Assembly (NCBI GenBank): GCA_045837725.1
Contig: JBEWZL010000152.1
Coordinates: 434,001 to 498,000, forward strand
Origin: Vermamoeba vermiformis
Lineage: Eukaryota
Direction: 5' to 3'
Length of the DNA stretch: 64,000 nt
Under the pieces are notes generated by a model, which saw nothing but the letters and a program-made list of their open reading frames with translations, did not search any database and was not told where the DNA came from. Of this stretch, positions 24,515 through 36,700 are shown piece by piece. Each line of letters starts with the position of its first letter. The first letter of the stretch is position 1. A program made the translations under genes and the position numbers.

Positions 24515-25323
24515 CTACAAGCGACGTTCAATGGCAGTCAAGGCGTGTTCGAGCTTGTCCAGGGCTGCAGAGAATTGTTTGAGCGAGTCCAGGGCCTTGC
24601 TGTCATCTGCGGCAGGCTTGGCGGGTGTGGTGGTGGTGACAGCAGGCTTGGCGGGTGTGGTGGTGGTGACAGCAGGCTTGGCGGGTGTGGTGGTGGTGAC
24701 AGCAGGCTTGGCGGGTGTGGTGGTGGTGGTGACAGCGGGCTTGGCAGCTGTTGTTGTTGTTTCTTCTCAGCCTCCACGCGTGCTTGTTCAGCCTTCTTCT
24801 TCTCTTCTTCGGCCTTCTTCTTCTCAGCCTCGACACGTGCGGCCTCTTGTTTCTTCTTCTCCTCTTCAGCGCGTCGCTTGTCCTCTTCTTGTTTCTTCGT
24901 GTCGACTGCGCTGCTCGTGCTCGGGGCAGTGCCGCGCGGTGTGGTGCTCTTGACATCAGCACTCGGTGCCTTGTGTGCAAAGGACTGTTGGTAGTGGTTC
25001 TTGCACAAGAGCTTGTCATCGACCACGTGATAGTTGCCGACTGTGAGCGTGGTGTTGCACGTGCTGCACTTGAAACACCTGCAAAGATTGATGTCAGCGG
25101 TGACAGACAAATTAATTTTCACAGTTATGAAACGATTGCGTTGTTGATATTAATCGCGTGTAGTACTTACGTCTTGTGGACGGTAACCTTTTCAATTGCT
25201 ACTTTTTCTTGCGGCTGTGAGATGGAATAAAATTAGTTTTCAATTAATCTCTTCCTATGCACTTACATAAACTGACTTGGCACAAACGGTGCACTTGAGA
25301 CTGCCTCCAAACTTTGCGGCCAT
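24515..25323 (-). CDS. LIM-domain protein with charged coiled-coil, T/P/A/K repeats and C-terminal amphipathic helix (apparent frameshift near 24760)
   Basis: MAAKFGGSLKCTVCAKSVY...HKTCFKCSTCNTTLTVGNY...LLCKNHY (LIM), then EEEKKK repeats. After a 1-nt shift it reads (TTTTPAKPAV)n and DDSKALDSLKQFSAALDKLEHALTAIERRL*. Confidence 0.7.
24608..24748. repeat. 30-bp tandem repeat (~4.5 copies) inside the LIM gene
   Basis: Unit gacagcaggcttggcgggtgtggtggtggt, seen directly. Confidence 0.9.
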
Positions 25324-25827
25324 CTATTATTACCAAATTATTAGATTCGCTTGTCATTAATATTAAAAATGCTCGGTTTAAACAGCCGATAAATGAATAT
25401 TAAAATCAGTAGGCAGCGATGATGTCAGCGCAATATAAATTAACCAAATTATTGATAGGCGTTACATTGAATTAATCATTAAAATTTGGGCTCAAATCAG
25501 ACAAAATCTTTGCAAAATATCTAGTGGAAATTTGAGCATAGTAAGCGCTAATTGACAAAAGTACCTTTCGGAGTATAATATGTGGATAGGAGTTGTGCTC
25601 GTGAGTCACTTGTAGCTTCAAATACCGCGGTTGTAGGTTGACTCACACCCGCTGCCCTGGTTGAATTTGATCTGCAGACAGTCGCGAAATTGAATACACA
25701 AGACGATATAGGATATCTATGTACAGTTTATTCACAGTATTGTTGCAACAGAACGAGCGTGCCAGTGCAGCATGAGAGGTACATCCGCTTACTGTTATGA
25801 TCACATCCGCTCCTGCAGCCTAGTCCA

Positions 25828-27572
25828 CTAGAATATCGAGCCCAGTGCCTCGAGCCACAGTGTCATGGTCGGATCTTTCTCCGCCCAGGCCTTGAACTCC
25901 TGCGCACCAGTCAGTACACGACACACACTCCATGCATGACACGTACCTCGAAGGAAATCTTGCCGTCTTTGTTCACATCCGCGGCGTGAAAAGCTCTGGC
26001 CGCCATGTCCTCAATGGCCTTCTGATACAACTTCTCCAACACGTCGTTCATGTCCGCCGTGGACACCTCGCGCGACATGTCAGCACCGCGCTCCTCTGGC
26101 TCCTCTCGCTCCATATTTGGTGCGTCACGTGGACTGTTGGTCTTGAGATAGTCCGTGAGGTCCACACTCGCGGAGAGATCGATCTTTTGCAGCGAGGTGC
26201 GCTGTGCACTGGGCCCTGGTAGATCACGTGACTCGTGGCCCGGTGCCTCGTGTTCGGTGCGCTCAGTGACAGGTGTTGACACGCTGTCGTCACGTGACTC
26301 TGTGTCTTCGTGCAGTTCAGCGGAAGAATTCAAGCTGTTTTGTTCCGCATTACCATTTAAGGCAATCTCCTCCTCGTTGTTATTCGCTTGCTGGTCAGAC
26401 TGACTCGCCGCACTGTTGGGGGCAGTGCTCTGATTGGCCTGTTGGTGCGCGGACTGAATTTGTGCAAAGGCTGCGGAGACTGGGTCCGTGCCTGATTCGT
26501 CGAAGTTGCCGAGTGCATCCTGTTCATGAACGAGTGAGTTACAATCACGTGCCAGCAGCCAGCACGCACCAGTTCGACGGTCTTGATCGCGTCTTTGATG
26601 GCCTCTTTGCTGAGATAGAAGTACGCTTTGAACATCTTGAACAGCTCCTCTTGCGTGATGTAGCCGTCCGAGTCCAAGTCGTAGCCTCGGAACGCGTACT
26701 TGATCTTCTCTTCGCTCGTGCCCTTGCACAGCACTGACAGGCCGCACACCAGTTCACTGAAATCGATCCGACCGTTGCTGTCCTGATCAAAAAAGGCAAA
26801 CAATCTCTCGGTGATGAGATTGCGCGCCACACCGAGGGGTCCGAGACAGTGTTCAAAGGTCTGCTTGTCAATGCCGCTGCGACTGTTCGCGAGGGATTTG
26901 AACTGCTCGAACAGATCTTCGATCTCCACTTGATCGACTAATTTGGAAGGTTATTACCATATTTGGGTCTAGTATACTTTGCAACTATTCTTACAATGTG
27001 TCAGTCGCTGCAGGACATGCACTTCATTCGGATTGAGATGCAGGTCTTGCGGATTCTTGCCAGGATATAGCACCGACAATAAGGGCCCTGTCGGTATGGC
27101 GAGCGGTGGGATGGGGATGCGGATCTTGATGAACAGATGTGTCTTATCGTGCAACTCGGGCGATCTGGCCTCACATTGCTCGCACAAGTCATAACTGATT
27201 TGCTATTAGTTATATTTACTAAATTAACGTTGTGTATTTTCTCGACATTTTGAAAAAATTTCAATTTAATTAAAATATTGTCCCATAAATATGAATATGG
27301 TTATTAATTACTATCTATTACCTGTTGCAGTTCACACATTTATACCGAATGCCTCTAATTGGTGATTGTTCGCATACAGCGCAGGATATCCCGCGGTGAG
27401 TTGAGCGACGGATCTGCTCGCGACTTGACTTGTCTTGCTCGCGACGATATTTAAAATAGTACCGCACCCCTGCAAAGACTGTGAGGCCACATGCCACCAC
27501 TAGCCACCGCGAGGTCCAGCGCGCTACTGTCGTGGAGCTGAGGTCTCGATCTGCTAATGAGGTCAAACTCAT
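25828..27572 (-). CDS. Membrane-anchored ZZ-type zinc finger + EF-hand (NCS/recoverin-like) protein
   Basis: N-terminal TM helix WLVVACGLTVFAGVRYYF. ZZ finger HRGISCAVC...IRGIRYKCVNC..YDLCEQC...HDKTHLFIKI. EF loops DQDSNGRIDFSE, DLDSDGYITQEE and DVNKDGKISFEE. Confidence 0.8.
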
Positions 27573-27756
27573 GTTTGTGCAGCTGTTAATGTGCTGATTA
27601 TAGTGCTATTGGCTGAGTATAGTGCTGCAGCTGTATATTTATTGGTCACTAGTCTCGCGTGGTGTTTGTGCGTCGAGGTGTAATTTTATGTTGTATTTCA
27701 TCAATCTGAGCTCACAACCACAGCATTGACTAAAATATTATTAATATTATAATGCG

Positions 27757-29932
27757 ATGTTGTCACAGCGTGTATATTCGTGCACGTCTTATTTGTTGAA
27801 ATCACGCAAATGTCATTCACGTAGTTATCTTCTAAGGTAAGATCTGTTTGTAAAATAATTATTTAAATATCAAAAATCAATTTGAGCGCATATTAATTCA
27901 TATACGCGTACTGTAAGGTACTCTCAATTTAAATTAATTAATTAAATATTTTTTGGCTGCAGATCTGCCTCGACTCAACAACGCACCTCAGAGCGCGTGT
28001 CCAGCACGCCATTTGACATGTCAGAGGAGAGTAAAGTTGTCAAAGTGTCAGACGGCGTATTTCAAAGTCGATTGGGTCGCTGGCAAGTTGTTGTGGGACT
28101 CGAAGTGCACGCCCAGATCAGATCCGCCAGCAAATTGTTTTCAGGTCAGTGAGGCTAAAAATAGACGTGAGACTGACTTTCCTTATTTGGCAAGCGGCAT
28201 CGACGCTGTTCGGTATGAATCCCAATTCACAGGTCTCGCTGGTGGATGCCGCAGTGCCTGGCACATTGCCAGTGCTGAATGCACACTGCGTCGATCAAGC
28301 GATACGCACTGGACTTGCCTTAAAAGGAAAAGTGAACACGTGGTCCATGTTCGATCGCAAACACTATTTTTACTGTGATTTGCCGCACGGGTATCAAATT
28401 ACGCAACAACAAAGTAAGCATTGCTGTAATTTGTTGCAATGTTTGCTAAATTTGGTAACAGAACCAATCATCGAAGGTGGCGAGTTGACACTAAACATGC
28501 CCGATTTGAGCACCAAGACCATACAGCTGCAAAGAATTCAACTCGAAATAGTGAGACAAAAATAGTATCAAAAAATATACACGCTAATATCCACTATTTC
28601 CTAATTAGGACAGTGGCAAGTCACTGCACGATCAACATCCTTTGCACTCGTACGTTGATCTCAATCGCGCTGGTCATGCGCTGCTCGAACTGGTCACTGA
28701 ACCACAGCTCAAATCTGCAAATGAAGCCGCGCTGTTCGTGAAGACTTTGCAGTTGTTGTTGCGACAGCTCGGCACGTGCGATGGCACCATGGAGGACGGC
28801 TCACTGCGCGCCGATGCCAATGTGTCGCTAGAGTACCTCGAACAGGGTCACGTGCCTGATCACGTGCTGCAATCGACTGCGCGCGGAGTGCGGTGCGAGA
28901 TCAAAAACTTGAACAGTGTGCGCCACTTGACACGTGCCATCGAGTACGAAGTGACGCGCCAGATTGCGGAGATTGAGCGCGGTCACGTGATCACCAAACA
29001 GACGCGCTTCTTCGATCCGATCCGCAAAGTGACAGTGATGGGCCGATCAAAAGAAGACGAAAAAGACTACAGGTAACTGCCCCATTCGATCACTTGCCAT
29101 ATTTGGTGCTGATCTCCGCCATCAGATTCTTCCCCGAGCCCGATCTGCCACCCTTAGTCATCGAACCAGTACGTACTGCGATGAATATAGCCCCGATTGA
29201 CTAACAACGCCGTACAGTCGCGCATTGCAGCCCTGGGCGAGTCATTGCCGATCTTGCCCGATGAGATTCGTCGCCGCTTGATGACTGACTACGCGTTGAG
29301 TGCCTATGACGCGCAAGTACTCAGCACGCACATTGGCGCCTTTGAATATTTGCGCGACACGACGCAACACACGCAGTGTCCGCCTGCTGACATTGCGCGC
29401 TGGTGAGTGTTTGACACGTGTCATCCGCACCGTTCACTGAACGCTACTGTTAGGATCATCAACGATCTGTTCGCGCTGCTCCATGCCCGACAAGTTGAAA
29501 TTTCATCCAGTCCCGTCACACCCGCACGACTCGCTGAGCTGTTGACCCTGATTGATCAGCACGTGATCACTGCAAAGATTGCGCGCGAGGTGTTGTCTGC
29601 AATGATGAGCGGTGACAGTCGCAGTGCCCGCGCGATCATTGACACGAGTGGCCAGCAGCAGATTGACGATCACGCGCACTTGTTGCAGCTCTGTCGCGAC
29701 GTGTTGCGTGACTCGCCCAATGAGGTACTGTCCGCTGGTACTGTCGGGCCTTGTTCCGATCACTAATGTTAGCTCGCAGGTCGCTGAGTACAAAAAAGGC
29801 AAGTCCCGCGTGATGAAGCACTTTGTCGGTCACGTGATGAAAACGACGCGCGGTCGAGCTAACGGGCCAATCGTAACTCAGCTATTCGAACAACTGCTGC
29901 GCGAACAGTCCGAGTCACCAGACCATAAATAA
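27757..29932 (+). CDS. GATB: Glutamyl-tRNA(Gln) amidotransferase subunit B, mitochondrial
   Basis: [80 protein letters not shown] and [14 protein letters not shown]. Confidence 0.95.
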
Positions 29933-30698
29933 CATTGCTGTTATTCGCAGAGTTCTCGTTGAGTTTCATGCGGTGCATTTTTAGACTAGATGCAAAATCG
30001 AGAAATTTATCTCATTTGTATCTCGAATTCTCTACAATAATTGCGCAGCGAAACACGGTCAACATTGATTCAATTTATCTTCCGTATGTAGAGCTCGTTT
30101 GCCCCATAAATTCGCTCAATAATCGGAATCTAAACCTGGATGAGATTCGGTTGCTTTTCTCTTAATTGAAATAATGCACGCGCTCCGGAACGAACGATTC
30201 ATAATATGATATACATGTCAAGAGCGACCGAAATGACCTCAAAATGAGCACAGCAACGCAAGGTATAAATCATTGCCGTAATTTATTCGGTTGGGTTCGG
30301 AAAGTGCTCCGAGTATACGATTAAATAGCAACATTTTAGTGTTAATCTGTTTATAGTCATTAATATGATCAAATTACTGTCCGAACAGGCGCAAAGTCAT
30401 GCGGCCAGTTTTGGGGAGTGAGTCGATTCTGGATTTGTTCCTGGTAACTTGTGACATCCGCACACGTTCCGCGTCCCATCGTCGAAAGCTTATTAAATTC
30501 TAATTCTACGTTAGCCAATACTGAAATTTTGTATTATTTAAAGCAAAAAAAGCGTGATTGTTGTTGCTGTGTTCGGGCAAAGATTATACGAGTCAGTTTT
30601 GTGCCAGCGCGATTTGTTGCGCAATCATTGAGCACCACACGCAGTTCATGTCGACCACGTCTGAAATTTTAACTCCACTCAGTTGTAGAGCTACTGCC

Positions 30699-33652
30699 AT
30701 GGAAGTAAGTCACCGTTGCTCAATTATGACCGGCTAGATGCTGAATTTATATTAATTGACACTTATTCAGCCCCAACAACCAGCAAAATCTGAAATTGAT
30801 AACGGATTCGAGCAGTCATCCCAAGTGCTCATGGTAAGTAATTGCCATGAATTGAAAATTAAAGTTGAATGACTGCAGGTGTCAAATTTTTATTTTTCGT
30901 CGCGGATCGAGCAGTCATTGAATAAATTATTCATGATTCGGTTATGGTCAATTCAAATCACTCCCGTCGGACTATTTGATAGTCACCTAGACAAGACTAC
31001 ACCACCTGGTTTGAACTCTAAACTAATGATTCGACCAGCACGAGGATGTCTGTTTTTACTGCAACAAGAAAGATCAAGAACTCGTCTACTGCTCGTTCTG
31101 TCCAAAGTCTTATCATGCGCACTGCTTGCCCCCTGGTACTAAAATCACCACACCCCGTTGGTAAGTTTTCATCTTGTTATTTCGCAAGCATTGTTTCGAC
31201 CCGGAGTAATTATTCCCAATTTCGCGGAACGAATCTCGCTGCGGAACTGCGTCACTCGCACCAACCCAAAGAGAGGCGAGCAATGCCTCATCTGTTCTTG
31301 GGTTTCTCTTTAAATTCTGCTCGATTGCATATATACCGCTCACGTGCAAACATCTGAAATCACGTGCCAATCAATTCTACTCTGGGAAATCTCCCAAGCG
31401 TGCGTTGCTATTTTCGGCAACAATCGCGCTTACCTAATACGAAAATACTAACACGCGTTTGTTGTAACTAGGGGCTGTCCTTCACACAAATGCATGATCT
31501 GCGGTGCAGCCACATCCAAGAGTCGCGGCAAGATCTACCGTTGTGTGCTTTGCCCCTCCGCTTTCTGCTTGTAAGTTTCACAACTCATTATACTCGGATT
31601 TCAGTGCGGATGTTCCGCTGCATCTAAAACCATTGCGGCGCAGTGTGGCGATGTTTATACAGCTAGTTCGGCAATCTCTGTCATCGCTGCGAGAGAATTG
31701 CTAAATTAGTCAAATTATCTGCGTTAAATTCATTTGTTTAGCGCTCTAGTTATCTGTGATCGCGTTTATTATGATCTGTTCTCCCAATCAGCTTTGATTT
31801 CATGCCATTAAATGATCATTGAATCAAGCTTGGTTTGTGGATCGAGATCTCACTCATTCATTAACGCATGCACAATGATAATGAGCCAGCTTAAAAATTC
31901 CGAATTTAAGCATTGATTTAGATCGAATTTTAGAAGATTAAATAGCAACTGTTGTATAGCAGCTGTTTTTTAATCATTGCTGGATCCTGGCGAATAGAAT
32001 TTAATTAGCTTGTATTACAGCACCCACTTGCCTGAAGAAAGCGAAGTATTGCCGAACAATCCTTACAACTTTATGGGCTACAAAACTACTAGCTTCTTGT
32101 TCATTAAATGCAAGCCCTGTTTGGAGAAGCATCCAGAGCTGCGGGCTAAATCCACCGTAAGTGTGACCAAATCACATTCCAATCGGGACTGGCCTCATGT
32201 TCCATGTTAATACAGCCCGACAAGCGCCGCAGAGATGGCGAGGACGGATTTTCTAGCGATGAAGACGGCAAAGCTAACGACAAGTATAAACGCCGCAAAA
32301 TTGTCAAGATCAGCGAAGAAGACATGGCCACGGTGCCAGTACCGCGCCCAACACTGATCAAGACTGAAGGTACTCGCACTAAGCCCGACATTCAATTAGT
32401 GGAAGAAATCAAGCAGATCATCAACACTCGCGATCTGTTGCAAAAAGATATTGCCGATGACTTGCATGTGAGGTACGGATCCGCACCATAGTTTGTTTGC
32501 AATTCAATTCATGCAATGACGAGTAACTCCCCTATTTCTCAACGAATTACTGCACTTTTGGGGTTCAATTATAAATTATTTTCTTTTTTCACGTGCATCC
32601 AATGTGACACGCGTCACACATAAAATCTTTCAATTTTGCAAGCCCCGAAATTACGTCTTTGCTTTTCGATCTACGACAATAATTGCAGCACGTACTAATG
32701 CGTATTATCTTGCAGTCAAAGTATTATCAGTCAATACCTCAACAATCAAGCGCGCAAAAACGGATGGGACGCCCTCGAAGCCAAGCTGCGGCTGTGGACT
32801 GAACGCGTGCACAAGCGCGGGGATGAGAAGCGTGCCCCCACCACCAACACCGCTGCTGTGACCCCTGCACGCAGCGAGTCCAACACGAGCGATCAGTACA
32901 ATCGTCAAGAGGAGCACAAGGATGAGCGATGGCGCAATGACAACACGCGCCACACATCGATGCACAACACGAGCAGCAACACGCCACAGAACAGCAGCAA
33001 CGATCAGCAGCGCAGTTATTGGGACTCATACACACCGGTCAAGAACGACGGCAAGAAGAGCGCGTCATTCACGAATTACAGCGCGGGACCAGCCATGTAC
33101 GGCATGTACAGCAACGAGGGTCACATGATGATGAATGGCCACGCTCCGTCACCACTCGAACAGTCCTATGCCATGCACCAACAGTTCTTCAAGCCGGCAG
33201 CACTGACGGGACATCTGAATGGCAATTCAAGCACCAACACGTCCAACAACAGTCCTGGCAATTCATCGCCTGCCACGACACCTGCATCGAATGCCACTGC
33301 TGCGAACAACACACCCTCTATATTTAACTCGCCTAATGTACAGTTGCCGCCACTTGTCACGCACGGCAATCCCTATGAATACGCAGCCTACCCTTCACCG
33401 CACATGTTCCGACAACCATTCCCCCCGCAAATGAATTATCCCATGCAGCCTGTCAGTGGCTATGCATACCTCGCACAAGGCTTCACACCCATGCCCGCGT
33501 ATCCCATCCCATCACCGCAGTCCAATTTCCTTGCCCCTCCTATTGGCACCACTCCAGCTCACTTTGGGCGTCACGAAGAATACTTTAACAACGCCAATGC
33601 TAATGCGAACAATAGCAGCAATGCGACCGCTGCACAACAAACCTCAAAATAA
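30699..33652 (+). CDS. PHD + C5HCH-like zinc finger / Cro-lambda-like HTH protein, paralogue 1 (start tentative)
   Basis: Spliced exons give HEDVCFYCNKKDQELVYCSFCPKSYHAHCLPPGTKITTPRW|GCPSHKCMICGAATSKSRGKIYRCVLCPSAFC|THLP...FLFIKCKPC, then PDIQLVEEIKQIINTRDLLQKDIADDLHVSQSIISQYLNNQARKNGWDALEAKLRLW and an N/P/Y-rich tail. Confidence 0.75.
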
Positions 33653-33729
33653 TCTTATTCTATGTATTTTTTTATGTAAATTAACTTGCGATGTTTTATT
33701 AACCCGAATCACGTCTAGTTCTATTGTGT

Positions 33730-36700
33730 CTATTCGCAGTTAGTACGTGCAATATCTTCGTTGCGGAGTCGATTCGTGAAACACGTCACGTTTAAGTCAT
33801 TGCTGAATTGTTTCACGCAGTTGAGTGCCGCACTCTTCTCAGCGTGTTTGACTGTTGGTCCAGTGCCGAGTCCGAGACACAAATGTTCAAAGTAAATGCA
33901 GCAGATCACATCATCTTTCAAGTCACCGAGCTCTGGCAGCACTGGTTCAGCCAAAGCGGCAAGGAATGATTGGTCAATTTGATCGGCGGCCACTCGCTGT
34001 TCTAGCCAGTTAGTTCAATGTAATTGATGGCTCATGAAGCACTTACGCGGTACTGCAGTTTGAGCAGTGTATTGCCAGTCTTGTTCATCAGCAGCTGCAC
34101 CAAATCATTCTTCGGATCCACTTCGCTGACTGGCGGCAATTGACTCAACAGCTGTTCATGAATCATGCCACCACCAATGTCCCAACAAGCGTGACACGTG
34201 TCAAGTTGTCTCAGCCCACTGTCCACATAACGTGCCCCAATGAAAGCCGAGTACAGATCAGCCCACATTTGCGCGTGTTCAGGCACTGTGTAACACTCAC
34301 TCGATGCCTCGCCAGTGCTGTGCCACTGCGACTTCATCCACGCCAAGAACTGCGGACGAGTGCGAGGATTGAACTGCTCACCGAATGATTGGAACTCTTC
34401 CATTGCCATCAAATCTGCAGCACGCATGTTGAAGTTGAACAACACATTGCCGCCTTCAGATGTGTGTGGCGCGAGATTGAGTACATTGCGTGCTAGGTGT
34501 CCAAGCATATTCGGCAGCAGATAGGCTGCGCGGATGACATGATGCATTTCTGCAAGTGCGATTAATTTGTGACTATAAGTACTAACAAGGTACCTTCAAC
34601 ACTTCTCGTTCGACCGATGGAGACAAGAGGGAACTCGGTCTTGACGTCACCGTGAAAGAGATGAGCAGTCAACACGAATTTGAGCAGCGAATAGCCCAGC
34701 ACTTTCAGCTTGAGATAGTCCATGCGTCCTAACTTGCCTTGCGCCTCTTCATAGCCCATCGGATGCGTGGCAGCAGGACGAATGAACATTGACGGGTGCG
34801 TGAGACATTGCACCAAGACATTGCGATTGTTGAACTGCGTCAACAAAGGCTGCAAATTCGATTCCTGTGCTGGCGTCAGGGGCAGTGCGTCTGACAGAGT
34901 GAGCTATGAGAAGCATTGAACGATCGAAGTGACTTACCGAACTGGTCGTTGAATGGCGGGGCAGTGAGGTGGTCGAATGAGGTCTTGAGCTGTTCATTGA
35001 ACAAATAACGATTGCAAAATGAGAGGCAGGACTCGAGGCCTTGGTCGAGGTACAGCGCACCTGATGACGTGATTAATAAGACTACAACACGTCAATATAT
35101 GTGTACCAATAAAGGCCTCCAACAGGTCAGCTGACACTTTGGATCTGTCAGCGGCGAGGGCGGACACTTTCTTCGGCACAATCAAATAGCTCGACAACTT
35201 CAACTGTTCGCTGATGTCGCTCAGTCGTTTGTTGCTGACAATCTGCGCGCGCTTGTTGACCAGCTGATCTTCGCTGAACTTGGGGAACTTGTGCACCAGA
35301 CAAGCGGTGACGAGGAAGTCGAGCACTGCGTCCCCGAGATGTTCGAGCAGCTGATAGTTGTCTGGCTCTACCTCGCACTGTTCACTGAAGGCCTGGGAAG
35401 TAAACACCTAGAATACACAGTATTGTTAGGGAGGATTGAGGACCAACACAAATACGAACTCTTTTCTTCAATTTGGGAGAGTTGATGACATAGCCAAGGG
35501 ATTCTTCGAGCACGGCAATCTTTCTGAATGCTTGACGCGTGTCATTGATGTGAATGAGCAGTGCAGGGAACAGCTTGGACAATGCACGAATTTCAGCAGT
35601 CAGTCCAAATATCGAGCAGAGTTCGGGCACTAAATTGATGTCAGGTTCGGTGCTCGCGATGAACTTGTTCGATTGATCGGTGGCCGTGCGATTGATGCGG
35701 TCAAGTGCTTTGATGCTCACTGCCACGAGGGGCTGCTTCAAGTCTATGATATCGAGACCTTTCTGCTTGAAATAGTCTACGTATTGAATCGTCTCGCCTG
35801 TTGTCGGCTGTTAGTCACCGATCGTTCATTCACACAACTCTTACTTGTATTTTTCGAGAACGACGAGAGCGGAGTCTGCTTGAAATTGACATCGATCACA
35901 ATGTACGAGGTCTTGCTGTAGTCTGCGCGAATGATTCGGCCACTCAGCTCCTTGCGCAAGGACAGTCGAACTGAGTGAAGGACATCGCGCTCAGCGTCAG
36001 TCCAAGGAGCAGTCGTGTCAACACTGGCAATGTCCTGCAATGTGATGGGTTTGTGTTCTGGGCCCAGCGTGTATTGTCGGACGTAATTGTTCAGCATGGC
36101 CAATGCATTGTCATGTGCCATCAAGCTGCTCAGCTTCTCCGTGTCTATCAGCTGGGTTGACTGTTCGAACAGTGGCGTGAAGAGAGTCGCGTCGGGTGAG
36201 GCAAACAGCGACGGATTGTTCTTTGGCGTGCCCTCCAGTGCGTAATCCAGCCACTGCTTGTGAAAGGTTTTCACTATGTGGAATTGTTCCGCGGTCAGTA
36301 TCTACAACAAAATTACCACATTAGGCTAACTGCTCTGAAACCTGATTGGTTCCACTTACCACGCGCTCAATGTACTTGACACGCAGGTCATATTGCGTGA
36401 TCGTGTGTGACAGTGCGGGGATCTTGCCGCGCATGCGATAAGTGCTCCAACACAACTCGTCAGCCGTCAACAACAGAATGGCTTTTGGTCTCGAGCTCCT
36501 GTCGTGATCAGCAAACACGTCCTGGCAGGCATTAGTGCTGCAATAGAGTAAGTAGAATCGTACCATAACCTCGGTTTGATCTAATTCGAGCTGATACACG
36601 TGATATTCACGAGTGAGTTGGTCAGACGGTGCTTCTGCTGCTAGTGTCTGCGGCACCGCTTCTTCAGGAGCAATTGTTGGACGAGTGGGAGAGACGTGGT

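Noticed and set aside
24608-24748. 30-bp repeats as a CRISPR array
   Set aside because: Head-to-tail with no spacers, located inside a eukaryotic coding exon, and no cas genes nearby.
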